Shown piece by piece: positions 1-9,390 of a stretch of 64,000 bases of DNA (the stretch's first letter is position 1; each line of letters starts with the position of its first letter). Origin of the DNA: Candidatus Eiseniibacteriota bacterium (GTDB lineage Bacteria; Eisenbacteria; RBG-16-71-46; JABDJR01); assembly GCA_963762255.1 (NCBI GenBank), contig CAVXKA010000003.1:512001-576000 (forward strand), given 5' to 3'. The notes beneath the pieces were generated by a model that was not told where the DNA came from, made no database searches, and saw only the letters and a program-made list of their open reading frames with translations. The position numbers and the translations under genes were made by a program.

Positions 1-263
1 GAGTTGATGAGCACCGAGAGCACCGTCACCGACACCGTGATGATCGCGCTGTTGAGGAAGTACCGCGCGAGGTCGAGCCGCGTGAAGAGCACGACGTAGT
101 GCTCGAAGGTGGCGCGGCTGGGGAAGAAGCGCGGCGGGAATGCGTTGGCCTCTCCCGAGGGCATGAGCGATGCCGAGACCATCCAGACGAGCGGGGTCAG
201 GGTGGCGGCAGCGCCGAGCGCCAGCGCCGCGTGCAGCAGTATCGTTGGCCCGACCCGGCGCAT
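1..263 (-). CDS. Carbohydrate ABC transporter permease (MalG-like), partial; runs off the window start
   Basis: Reads MRRVGPTILLHAALALGAAATLTPLVWMVSASLMP...PPRFFP...YFLNSAIIT, typical of the second CUT1 permease. Its ATG overlaps the stop of the preceding permease. Confidence 0.85.
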   Translation of the reverse strand, partial: MRRVGPTILLHAALALGAAATLTPLVWMVSASLMPSGEANAFPPRFFPSRATFEHYVVLFTRLDLARYFLNSAIITVSVTVLSVLIN

Positions 264-1152
264 CAGCGTTCCCTCCGCTGCAGGCGCAGCTGCAGCAGGG
301 TGCCGCCCAAGGTGATCAGGAAGAGAAGGAACGCGATCGCCGAGGCCATCCCCATCCGCCACCAGCGGAAGCCCTCTTCGTACATGAGGAGCACGAGGCT
401 GGTCGTGCTGCGCAGCGGTCCTCCCTGGGTCATCACGTACGGTTCCGCGAAGAGCTGGAAGTAGCCGATCATGGTGGTCACGCCGACGAACAGAAAGACG
501 GGGGCCAGACCGGGAAGCGTGATGTGCAGGAAGCGCCGCCAGGGGCTCGCCCCGTCGATGGCCGCCGCCTCGTAGAGCTCCTCCGAGATGCTCTGCAGCC
601 CGGCGATGAAGATGAGCATGTTGTATCCGAAGTTCTTCCAGACCGCGAGGAGGATGATGGCGGGCATCGCCCAGTGCGGATCGCCGAGCCAGTCGATGGG
701 GCCGAGCCCGATCGCCCCCAGCACGTGGTTCAGGAACCCGTAGCGGGGGTGATAGAGGTAGCGCCAGACGATGGCCACCGCCACCAGCGTCGTGACCACC
801 GGCGCGAAGTAGATCGTGCGAAAGAGGCTCTTGAATCGCGCGAGCGGCGCGCTGAGGAGGAGCGCGGCGCCGAGGGAGACCAGGACCGAGAGCGGCCCGC
901 CCACCACCACGAAGTAGAGCGTGTTCTTGAGCGCGGTCCAGAAGAGCGGGTTCGCCAGCGCCTGTTCGTAGTTGCGAGCCCCACGAAGCGGGCGGTGTCC
1001 GGGACGCCGATGGCGTAGAGATCGAAGTCGGTGAAGCTAAGGAGAAGCCCGGCCACCACCGGCAGCACGAAGAAGACCGCGAAGAGGGTGAGCGCCGGGG
1101 TCAGGAAGAACCAGGCCGCGCGTGCCTGCCGGCGCTCGAGAAGCCCGCTCAT
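263..1152 (-). CDS. Carbohydrate ABC transporter permease (MalF/UgpA-like), one frameshift near 975
   Basis: The N-terminal part AAWFFLTPAL...SFTDFDLY...RFVGL continues in another frame as NYEQALANPLFWTALKNTLYF. It has the EAA loop ELYEAAAIDGASPWRRFLHITLP. Confidence 0.85.
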
Positions 1153-2447
1153 CGCGCCCCCGCCCGCAGGTGCGGCCTCGGTCCGTGCGCGCACGAGCAG
1201 CCAGCGACGCTTCTCCAGGATGCGGTCCACGTCCCGGTCCAGCATGGCGAGCGCCGAATCGGGCGCCGCGCCGCCGCAGAACCATCGCCTCCACGGTGCT
1301 CTGCAGCTTCGTCGAGATCTGCTCCCACTCCGGGATCTTCGGCGTGGAGACCACGCGCGTCAGCTGCGCTTCGAAGGTGCGCAGGTTGGAGTCGTTGGTG
1401 AGAGCGGTGTCGCGCCACGCCTCGCGGCGCGCCGGCAGATCGCCGGTGAGCCGGAAGAAACGGATCTGCGATTCGGGGGTGGAGAGAAACGTGATGAGCT
1501 TCCACGCCTCGTCCGGGTGGCGCGAGCCGCGGAAGAGAACCAGGCTCGATCCGCCCGCCGTCGAGATGCCGGTTGCCGCGCCGTCGGGACCGGGAAGGGG
1601 CGCGGTCGCCCACTTCGACTGCATGCGCGGGTGAGAGCCGACGCCGAAACTCGCCCAGGTTCCATGGACCGGTGATGTACATCGCGATCGAGCCGCGCTC
1701 GAACTCCTGGTAGAGGTTGGCGATCGACGCCCCCTGCACCGCCGGAGCGAGGCCCTCGCTGGAAGAGGTCCAGGTAGAACGCGACGGCGCGTCGGTAGGC
1801 CGCGCTCGCTGAACGCTCCTCGCGTATCGTGATCTTCGAGGAGCGGCGAGCCGCGTCTGCAGCCCGAACACGATCCAAGGCGTGTACTCGTTGGTGGGCA
1901 GGAAGATGGGATAGTGGTCGGCGCCCCCCTCCCTCTTCATCTTCTGCATCGCGTCCCGCCACCCGTCCCAGTCGCCCGGCACCGAGTCGTAGCCGGCCTC
2001 GGCCAGGAGATCGCTGCGGTAGAAGAGCACGCGGGTGTCCACGTACCACGGCACCCCGTAGGGGACGCCGTCGATCACGTTGGTGTCCCAGATACCGGCG
2101 AAGAAAGCGTCGGGCGAGATCTCGGGCGACGCGGCGAGCCGGCGGTCGAGCGGTTCGATAGCTCGAAGCGCGACGAACTCCGAGACCCAGGTGTTGCCGA
2201 GCTGGGCGAGATCGGGCGTGGAGCGACCGACGTAGGCGGTGAGGAGCTTTTCGTGGGCCGCGGCCCAGGGGATCTGCTGGACGATCACGCGGACGCCGGG
2301 GTTCTCCCGCTCGAAGTCGTCGATGAGTTCCTGGACCACCTCGCCCTCGCGGCCCATCGCCCAGAAACGCAGGGTCACGGGCGCCGAGCCGTCGGCGCGC
2401 ACGCACCCCGCCAGCAGCACCGCGGCGGCCAGCAGGAGGCGACGCAT
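1149..2447 (-). CDS. Sugar ABC transporter substrate-binding lipoprotein, several apparent frameshifts
   Basis: Lipobox LAGC and motifs YGVPWYVDTRVLFYRSDLL and MYITGPW. The C-terminal part WATAPLPGPDG...PKIPEWEQI lies in another frame. Indels are near 1275, 1635 and 1750-1860. Confidence 0.8.
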   Translation of the reverse strand: MRRLLLAAAVLLAGCVRADGSAPVTLRFWAMGREGEVVQELIDDFERENPGVRVIVQQIPWAAAHEKLLTAYVGRSTPDLAQLGNTWVSEFVALRAIEPLDRRLAASPEISPDAFFAGIWDTNVIDGVPYGVPWYVDTRVLFYRSDLLAEAGYDSVPGDWDGWRDAMQKMKREGGADHYPIFLPTNEYTPWIVFGLQTRLAAPRRSRYARSVQRARPTDAPSRSTWTSSSEGLAPAVQGASIANLYQEFERGSIAMYITGPWNLGEFRRRLSPAHAVEVGDRAPSRSRRRGNRHLDGGRIEPGSLPRLAPPGRGVEAHHVSLHPRIADPFLPAHRRSAGAPRGVARHRSHQRLQPAHLRSAADARGLHAEDPGVGADLDEAAEHRGGDGSAAARRPIRRSPCWTGTWTASWRSVAGCSCAHGPRPHLRAGAR

Positions 2448-2451
2448 CGTC

Positions 2452-3891
2452 TCAGCGAGCCTCGTCCAGCCATCCCCCGGAGAAACCGGCAGCTCTGAGC
2501 CCCCGCACGATGTGCGGGTTCGTACGCATGGTCCGCCAGATCAGCCCGCTGCGGTAGTTCTCGATCATGGCCAGGATCGGACCCTGATCGATGCCGAGGT
2601 AGTCGGAGTCGAACCACCCCACTCCGGGTTCCACCCGGCCGTGTTGGGTAGGAACGCCGGTCTTGATCGTCGGGTTCATCGCGTCGAGGAATCCGTACGT
2701 CGAGAAGAGTCGCTCGCCGTACGTCTCCCGCATCGCCATCAGGGTGGGGATCACGATCTCGGGGGCGAAGGCGATGGATCCGCCGGCGGCGGAGGGCGAA
2801 ACCGTCCCGTCATCGTTGATCCAAGTGAAGGAGGCGCCGCGGTCCCAATAGGTGTGGAACTGTCGCGTGCGCCCGTCGATCTCCATCCGACCCTCCAGCG
2901 GACCGTCGCACGCGGTCAGGCCCCAGAAGAGCGGGCCGTAGCCCGCCCACCCGGCCGGGTTGGCCACCGCGTAGGCCTGCTGTGAGAGGGCTGCGCGCCG
3001 GGAGTTCTCGAAGTAGTCGATCCCCCGTTCCCGCATGGCGGCGTCACGGATGCCGCGAAAGTCGATCCAGACGTGCGTGTATTGGTGGCCGAAGAGCGCT
3101 GCGAAACCGAGGTGCTCCTGTCCGTAGAAGGTCCCCCACGTGTACCCGGCAAGCCACGCGTCCCACGCGGCGGCGTCAACGGGGTGGCTGGGCGAACCGA
3201 GGGCGAGAATGTAGAGGATCATCACCTCGTTGTAGCCCCGCCAGTCGTAGGGGAGGAAGCCCGACTCGGGCACCCACCCGTGTCCGATGGTGGGCGGCCG
3301 CACCTGGGCCCACCGCCAATCCACGCGGGCATAGAGGGAATCGGCCAGGGCACGGATGCTGTCCTCCTGCGCCTGGACGCGGCCGAAGTACGACTGGCAG
3401 AAGAGAGCGCCGGCCAGAAGGAGCGCCGTGTCCTGCGTGGACAGCTCGACGTCCCTGAATCGCAGGCCGGTTTGCGGATCGAGAAAGTGGTAGTAGAACC
3501 CCTTGTAGCCGGTCGCGCCGGCCACGCTGGTGTCCTGGGGGGCCGTCCAGAAGAAGCGCAACGTGTCGAGCACGCGTCGTCTCGCCGCCTCCCGCGTGAC
3601 GTAGCCGCGCTCCACACCGATGGGGTACGCGGTCAGCGCGAAGCCGGTGGCGCTGACGCTGACGAACGACTTCGTGGGGAACCGATCCGGAGTGAGCCCC
3701 GTTCGGGGGTCGGAGAGATCCCAGAAGTAGCCGAAAGTGCGCGCCTCCAGGGTGTCGATGAAAGCGGTTTCACCGGGGCCCGACGAAAGCCCCCCGGCCG
3801 AAACGGAAGCACCCCGGCAGCAGCCGACGACCGACATGCCGACGAGGAGAGCGACGCAAGCGGCTGAGAGAAGGAGATCCCGGCGCACCAT
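2452..3891 (-). CDS. Glucoamylase-like/DUF3131 glycoside hydrolase, GH144 (endo-beta-1,2-glucanase)-like, exported
   Basis: Motifs SVSATGF, GFYYHF, ELSTQDT, GYNE, LFGHQYTHVWIDFRG and YLGIDQGP. The N-terminal RRDLL is a Tat-like signal. Confidence 0.8.
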   Translation of the reverse strand: MVRRDLLLSAACVALLVGMSVVGCCRGASVSAGGLSSGPGETAFIDTLEARTFGYFWDLSDPRTGLTPDRFPTKSFVSVSATGFALTAYPIGVERGYVTREAARRRVLDTLRFFWTAPQDTSVAGATGYKGFYYHFLDPQTGLRFRDVELSTQDTALLLAGALFCQSYFGRVQAQEDSIRALADSLYARVDWRWAQVRPPTIGHGWVPESGFLPYDWRGYNEVMILYILALGSPSHPVDAAAWDAWLAGYTWGTFYGQEHLGFAALFGHQYTHVWIDFRGIRDAAMRERGIDYFENSRRAALSQQAYAVANPAGWAGYGPLFWGLTACDGPLEGRMEIDGRTRQFHTYWDRGASFTWINDDGTVSPSAAGGSIAFAPEIVIPTLMAMRETYGERLFSTYGFLDAMNPTIKTGVPTQHGRVEPGVGWFDSDYLGIDQGPILAMIENYRSGLIWRTMRTNPHIVRGLRAAGFSGGWLDEAR

Positions 3892-3975
3892 CGCACACCA
3901 TCCTTATTCCTGCGGTGAGAGAGCGCAACCGGATTCTGCCCGCGGGCCGGCCTGCCGAGGGTGGAGAGTTGGACA

Positions 3976-4004
3976 TTGAACCCCCGCGAGAGCCCGCCTA
4001 TAGT
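3976..4004 (+). promoter_or_regulatory. Sigma70-type promoter of the PstS-like/TonB operon
   Basis: TTGAAC-17 bp-TATAGT, 62 bp upstream of the ATG at 4067. Confidence 0.6.
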
Positions 4005-4066
4005 CCGGGGGGAGCGGGGAGAGCGGTTCCCGCAGCGAGGCACGATTCTTTCCGGGGAGTCCTACG

Positions 4067-5020
4067 ATGGCTCGATGGCGGTTTCACGGGTTGGGTCTAC
4101 ACGCCCGGGTAACCGTTTACATCGTGGTTTTGGCCGTTCTCTTCCTTCTGCGCGGGCCGCTGGGCGTGAACCGTCTGCTGTCTCGCCTCCCCGGCGAAGC
4201 GGTTTCGGCGCGGACCCTCACCGTGGCCGGCGCCGACCTCGCGCCTTCGCTCGTCCCCTCGATCCTCTCCGCGTATCGACACGACTACCCCAAGCTCGAC
4301 ATTCGCTCGACGGGAGGTGGAACCGCGCAGGCACTCGAAGCGCTCATCAATCGGCGGGCCGACGTCGCATTCCTGAGCCGCTCCCCTTCACGTGACGAGC
4401 AGGCGCTCTTCCGCGCGGCGGACGACGACACGGCGCTCTGGTTTCCCGTCGCGCTCGGCGGGATCGTGATCCTTTCGCACGTCGGCTCGGCGACGGAATC
4501 GCTGTCGGTCGACGCGGTACGCGGCCTTGTGGCCGGAGCGGCGGGAGCCTCCTTCGACCGCCTGTACGTTCCCGACCCCAACGCGGGCACATGGGATGCT
4601 CTGAGGAGCGGGCTGGGTATCCCCGCCAGCGAACCGGCGACGGGGGTGGTGTTCCTGAGGGACGAGGCCGCGGTGATCGAAGCGGTCGCGGCGGATCCAC
4701 GGGGCGCGGGTCTGGCCAGCTCGTTCAGCCTCCCCATGGATCTCGCCCCGCTGGGTGTCCGCGCGCTGGCGGTGCGGCCGGATGACGGTCGGCCGGCGGC
4801 GACGCCCGGATACGAAGAGATCGCCTACGGCGAGTACCCGTTCATCCATCATCTGATCGCGGCGTGTCGCACCGGAGGGAGCATCGAAGGCGCCATGTTC
4901 GTGACCTATCTGACGAGCGACCGCGGTCAGCGGCAAATCGAGCGGGCGGGGATCCTCCCCGCTCGGCAGACGCTGCGCGAAGTCGTCATCACCCGGGGGC
5001 CGATCGGAGGGACAAGTTGA
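4067..5020 (+). CDS. PstS-like (PBP superfamily) substrate-binding protein, membrane-anchored
   Basis: N-terminal TM helix; STGGGTAQALEALINRRADVAFLSR, VALGGIVI and GEYPF...FVTYLTSDRGQRQIERAG match the PstS-like fold. Confidence 0.75.
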   Translation: MARWRFHGLGLHARVTVYIVVLAVLFLLRGPLGVNRLLSRLPGEAVSARTLTVAGADLAPSLVPSILSAYRHDYPKLDIRSTGGGTAQALEALINRRADVAFLSRSPSRDEQALFRAADDDTALWFPVALGGIVILSHVGSATESLSVDAVRGLVAGAAGASFDRLYVPDPNAGTWDALRSGLGIPASEPATGVVFLRDEAAVIEAVAADPRGAGLASSFSLPMDLAPLGVRALAVRPDDGRPAATPGYEEIAYGEYPFIHHLIAACRTGGSIEGAMFVTYLTSDRGQRQIERAGILPARQTLREVVITRGPIGGTS

Positions 5021-5034
5021 GAGGAAGACCGGCG

Positions 5035-6885
5035 ATGTCCCTCGTGCAAGAGCGGCTGGGCATGGCGGCGCTGCTGACGACGATGCTGGCGGTACTGCTG
5101 GCGGCGACCGCCACCTCCTCCGCCGCGCAAACTCGCAGCTACACCTTCGACGTGGACCCCATTCGTCTTGGCATGAAGGCGCTGGAGGAAGGGCGGCTCG
5201 GCGACGCCAAGGCCAGGTTCGGCGAGGCGATCGACGCGGGCTACCAGGCCTACAAGGCGCGGTACGGTCTCGCCGAGATCGCGGTGCGCGAAGGGCGCCT
5301 CGACGAGGCCGAACCGCTGTACCGCGCCGCGCTGGCCGGGCGCGTCGAGGAGACCGGCAAGGCCGATTACCCCGAGGCTCACGCCGGGCTGGGGCTCCTG
5401 CTCCTGCGCGAGGAACGCGATCTCGAAGCGTCGCAGGAGTTCATTCAGGCGACTGCGGAGAAGCCGGGACTCTGGCCCGCCCTCTACGGGCAAGCGAGGA
5501 TCTTTCTCAAGCAGGGACAGGTCAAAGAGGCCAAGACGCTCCTCGATCGCGGCGCGAAGCTCGACGGAGCCAAGGACGGCGAGGATCGTTACCGGTTCGG
5601 CATGGCCCTCTACGACATGGCCGTCGGGGATACCGCTGCGGCGGAGAACGAGGCGCTGGTCGCGCTGGCGCTCAACCCCACGGAACCCGAGTACGGTACG
5701 TTGCTGGCGAGGATCTACGAACAGCGCAACGTGCCCGCGCTGGCCATCGATGCCTACGAGAGGGCGCTGGCCGCGCCGGGAATGACGCCGACCGCTCCCC
5801 TTCTCCACGATCTCGGTTTGCTCTACCAGAAGGTCGAGCGCTACAACGAGGCCCGCGACCGCTACCAGCAAGCGGTCGAGATCGACTCCACCTACGCCCC
5901 CGCCCTGAAGGATCTCGCCCATCTCTATCTCCTGGCCAAGCAATACGACCGGTCGGCTCAGGTCTACCTGCGCTACGTCCTTCTGGCCCCCACAGACGTG
6001 GATGCCCTTGTGGAGTTGTCTCAGGCCTGTGGCGAGATCCGCATGACCGCGCAGGCGCTGGAGGCGGCGCGCGCCGCCTGCGCCATCGACAGCACGCGCA
6101 CCGACGCGCGCCTCGCCTACGCCCGCGCCGCGGTCCAGGGAAGAGACAAGGAGGCGAAGAGCCGTGCGGCGGTCATCTACGCCGAGTTCCCCGATACGTC
6201 GTTCTGGAGAGCGGCGGACCACGTTCTCTTCGCCGCGGTCGCGATCGAGACCAAGGACTTCCCGTCCGCCCAGAGCAGTCTCGATCGAGCGCTCGCGCTC
6301 GATCCGAACCTCCCCGAAGCGTACTTCCAGCTCGGCATGCTCGACCTCAATACCGATCGCCCGGATTCGGCCGCGGTCAACCTGGAGCGGGCGGTGGCCC
6401 TGGACCCCACCTCCGCTCTCTACCATCTGAACCTCGGCATCGCCGCCTTCCAGGCACGGCGCACCCGAGACGCGATCGCTCCGTTCCGCAAGGCGCTGGA
6501 GCTGAACGGAGAACTCACGGTGGCTCGGGTGCTGCTCGGGCAGGCCCTGGCCATGAGCGACTCCCTCGGCGCGGCGGAGGTGGAGTACCGGAAGGTCCTC
6601 GAAGTCGAACCGGCCAACGCCAAAGCCCTGCGCGGTCTCGGATTCTGCGCCATCCGCAAGGCGCGCTACGCCGAGGCGGCCCGGATGTACGAGGCGGCCG
6701 CTCAGGCCGAACCCGGCAACGCCGACGGCTGGGCGGGACTCGGCAACGCCAACCTGGGTCTTCAGAACTGGGAGGCGGCGGAAGCCGCTTTCGTGAAGGC
6801 CCGTGCCATCGATCCCAACAATCCCACGATGAAGAAGGGCTGGGAGCTACTCCAGAACGCCAAGCAGGCGGGTGGAAGCAACTAG
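5035..6885 (+). CDS. Exported tetratricopeptide repeat protein
   Basis: Signal peptide followed by many tandem TPR units such as ALALDPNLPEAYFQLG. GAGGA RBS precedes ATG 5035. Confidence 0.85.
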   Translation: MSLVQERLGMAALLTTMLAVLLAATATSSAAQTRSYTFDVDPIRLGMKALEEGRLGDAKARFGEAIDAGYQAYKARYGLAEIAVREGRLDEAEPLYRAALAGRVEETGKADYPEAHAGLGLLLLREERDLEASQEFIQATAEKPGLWPALYGQARIFLKQGQVKEAKTLLDRGAKLDGAKDGEDRYRFGMALYDMAVGDTAAAENEALVALALNPTEPEYGTLLARIYEQRNVPALAIDAYERALAAPGMTPTAPLLHDLGLLYQKVERYNEARDRYQQAVEIDSTYAPALKDLAHLYLLAKQYDRSAQVYLRYVLLAPTDVDALVELSQACGEIRMTAQALEAARAACAIDSTRTDARLAYARAAVQGRDKEAKSRAAVIYAEFPDTSFWRAADHVLFAAVAIETKDFPSAQSSLDRALALDPNLPEAYFQLGMLDLNTDRPDSAAVNLERAVALDPTSALYHLNLGIAAFQARRTRDAIAPFRKALELNGELTVARVLLGQALAMSDSLGAAEVEYRKVLEVEPANAKALRGLGFCAIRKARYAEAARMYEAAAQAEPGNADGWAGLGNANLGLQNWEAAEAAFVKARAIDPNNPTMKKGWELLQNAKQAGGSN

Positions 6886-6901
6886 TCACAGCGGAGGAAT
6901 C

Positions 6902-7618
6902 GTGAAGAACACCATCTTCATTCCCATCTTGGCGGTCTCGGTGCTCGTGTCCTGGTTCATCTGGAGCCAGTCCCCCGAGTACATCAGGCAGGGCGGGCCG
7001 CTGCTCGTCATCGGTCTCACCTGCCTCTTCCTCGTCTTCACCTACTGCATCGAGCGCTTCATCGTCCTCTGGCGCGCGGGCGGGCGCGGCAACGTTCCCA
7101 CGTTCGTGCGCAACCTCAAGAAGTCCCTGGAAGGGGGCGACGTCGGGCAGGCCATCGAGTCCTGCAAACGTCAGGGGGGTTCGCTGGGCAACGTGATCGG
7201 GGCGGGATTGCAGCGCTACCAGGTCCTGCGGACGGCGCGTGCCGACCGCAAGGAGACCATCGAGGAGACCCGGCGAGCCATCGACGAGGCGAGCGCGTTG
7301 GAGAGTCCCATCCTCGAGCGCAACCTGAGCGCGCTTTCCACCATCGCCTCCATCGCCACCATGATCGGGCTCCTGGGGACGACGATCGGCATGATCCGCT
7401 CGTTCCGCGCGATGTCCCGGGCGGGCGCCCCCGACGCCACCCAGCTCGCGCTGGGCATCTCGGAGGCCCTCGTCAACACCGCGCTCGGGCTCATGACCGC
7501 GATCGTCGCCATCGTGCTCTACAACTACTTCACCACCAAGGTGGACACGGTGAGCAACGCGATGGAAGAAACCTCCTACGAGATGCTGCAGCTCCTCCAG
7601 GAAAAGAAGGAGGGTTAG
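6902..7618 (+). CDS. exbB: MotA/TolQ/ExbB proton channel protein
   Basis: LSTIASIATMIGLLGTTIGMIRSF and GISEALVNTALGL. GTG start follows a GGAGG RBS. Confidence 0.9.
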   Translation: MKNTIFIPILAVSVLVSWFIWSQSPEYIRQGGPLLVIGLTCLFLVFTYCIERFIVLWRAGGRGNVPTFVRNLKKSLEGGDVGQAIESCKRQGGSLGNVIGAGLQRYQVLRTARADRKETIEETRRAIDEASALESPILERNLSALSTIASIATMIGLLGTTIGMIRSFRAMSRAGAPDATQLALGISEALVNTALGLMTAIVAIVLYNYFTTKVDTVSNAMEETSYEMLQLLQEKKEG

Positions 7619-7621
7619 GCG

Positions 7622-8068
7622 GTGGGCCGCGTCAAGCGAAGGCTAGGGATCCGCATCGACATGACGCCCATGGTCGATGTGGCCTTCCTCCTTCTCATCT
7701 TCTTCATGTCCACGACGCAGTTCAAGCCGCCCGAACAGGTCTCGGTGGTCCTCCCCACGTCCCGCTCGGAGATCCACGTACCCGAGACCAACACCATCAT
7801 CCTCACCGTGAACGACACGGGACAGGTGTTCATCTCGACGGAGAACGTCGCCGAGACCCAGGAGGTCGCCCGGGACGATCTGCTCGCCGCGATCACCGCC
7901 TGGCGGAGCCAGAATCCCGGGGCGGTGGTGATCTTGAGGGGCGACCGCAACGCCGATTTCGGCACGGTGGCCGATCTCATGGACGCGCTCGCCGAATCGA
8001 AGACCCTGCGCTTCAACCTCATGACCGACCTGAAGCAGAGGAAGCCGCCCGCCGAGGGCGCGCGCTAG
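7622..8068 (+). CDS. exbD: ExbD/TolR family protein 1
   Basis: IDMTPMVDVAFLLLIFFM with the conserved TM Asp; periplasmic motif ILRGDRNADFG. Confidence 0.9.
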   Translation: MGRVKRRLGIRIDMTPMVDVAFLLLIFFMSTTQFKPPEQVSVVLPTSRSEIHVPETNTIILTVNDTGQVFISTENVAETQEVARDDLLAAITAWRSQNPGAVVILRGDRNADFGTVADLMDALAESKTLRFNLMTDLKQRKPPAEGAR

Positions 8069-8224
8069 AGGAGCTCCCTCATGGCCGGAACAGAAATCAC
8101 CCAAGGCGCCCGCGGCCCGCAGAAGAAGGGGCCCGGAGGACGCCGGCCGAAACGGAGGGTTGGGATCCGCATCGACATGACGCCCATGGTCGACGTGGCC
8201 TTCCTCCTGCTCATCTTCTTCATG
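7646..8224 (+). repeat. 63-bp direct repeat shared by the two exbD TM segments (7646-7708 and 8162-8224)
   Basis: GGGATCCGCATCGACATGACGCCCATGGTCGA(T/C)GTGGCCTTCCTCCT(T/G)CTCATCTTCTTCATG, with two mismatches. Confidence 0.8.
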
Positions 8225-8581
8225 GTCACCACCGTGTTCCGCCGGCCCCTGGCCATGGAGGTCAACATGCCGGAGCCGGGAGCCAAAGTCGAGGTTCCCG
8301 AATCGAACGTGATGACCGTGTTCGTGCGCGAGGACGGCTCGATGGCGTTCAAGCTCGGCCGGGGAGGGCTCACTCCCGTCACCTGGGATGCACTCCAGGG
8401 AACATTCGAGGAGAACGTGCGCGCCAACCCGGAGCTCATCGTCCTGGCGAAGATCGACCCGCAGGCCCGCTATGAGAGCATGGTCGACATGATGGACACG
8501 CTGGAGGACGCCCATCTGGAGCGGTTCAGCGTGGTCCGCATGAGTCCTGTCGACTTGGAGCTGCTGGAGGGAAAGCCATGA
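8081..8581 (+). CDS. exbD: ExbD/TolR family protein 2
   Basis: IDMTPMVDVAFLLLIFFMVTT and ARYESMVDMMD. Confidence 0.9.
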   Translation: MAGTEITQGARGPQKKGPGGRRPKRRVGIRIDMTPMVDVAFLLLIFFMVTTVFRRPLAMEVNMPEPGAKVEVPESNVMTVFVREDGSMAFKLGRGGLTPVTWDALQGTFEENVRANPELIVLAKIDPQARYESMVDMMDTLEDAHLERFSVVRMSPVDLELLEGKP

Positions 8582-9348
8582 GCGGCAAGGACACCCTGCA
8601 CATTCCGTGGGCGTTCTCGCTGAGCGAGGCCCCCAGCCTTCCCCTGATCGGCGAGCGCCATCCTCTGCGGCGCGAGTCCGCCAAGTGGCTCCTCTGGGCC
8701 AACGGCGCCGCGCTCCTTGTGGGAGTCCTCGCCTTCGCCGCATGGTCGGCGGCGAGCCATCGCGAGGCGACGGCGCCCGTGATGCGCGAGGTCAAGATCG
8801 TTCGCTATACCGAGCTCGGCGTGCCCCCCTCCATCGCCAAGGCCTCGGTACCCCAGATGGCCATCGCGCAGGCCGTGGCTCCGCCCTCGATCGGCGTCCC
8901 CGAGCCGGTCCCCGACGTGCAGGCCCCCACATCCACCATCGCCACCCAGACCGAGATGTCGGAATCGCTGACCCCGATCAGCATGGACGACTTGGGCGGA
9001 GGCACCGGCGACTCGATCGTCGTGCAGATGGACATGTCGACGGACCGCAGTCCATCCCCGGAAGAGTTCGTGGCAGTGGAGGAGGAGCCGGTGCGCCTGC
9101 GCATCGCTCCCCCGGTCTACCCCGAGGTCGCCACGCAGGCCGGTGTGGAGGGGACCGTGCTGGTCCGGGCGCTGGTGGGAAAAGACGGAAAGGTGAAGGA
9201 CTGCATCGTGCTCGACGGCCCCGATATGCTCAAGGCGGCGGCGATCACCTGCGCCAAGACCGCAGTGTTCAAGCCCGCGCTCCTGCAGCACAAGCCGGTC
9301 GAGGTTTGGGTGATGATCCCGGTGACCTTCAAGCTCCACCAACGCTAG
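8578..9348 (+). CDS. tonB: Energy transducer TonB
   Basis: TM helix, Pro-rich linker, and C-terminal PVYPEVATQAGVEGTVLVRALVGKDGKV...FKPA...IPVTFKL. Confidence 0.9.
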   Translation: MSGKDTLHIPWAFSLSEAPSLPLIGERHPLRRESAKWLLWANGAALLVGVLAFAAWSAASHREATAPVMREVKIVRYTELGVPPSIAKASVPQMAIAQAVAPPSIGVPEPVPDVQAPTSTIATQTEMSESLTPISMDDLGGGTGDSIVVQMDMSTDRSPSPEEFVAVEEEPVRLRIAPPVYPEVATQAGVEGTVLVRALVGKDGKVKDCIVLDGPDMLKAAAITCAKTAVFKPALLQHKPVEVWVMIPVTFKLHQR

Positions 9349-9390
9349 GGGCGGGGGCCGCGGGCCGCATGCCGGCGGGCCCGTTCCACC

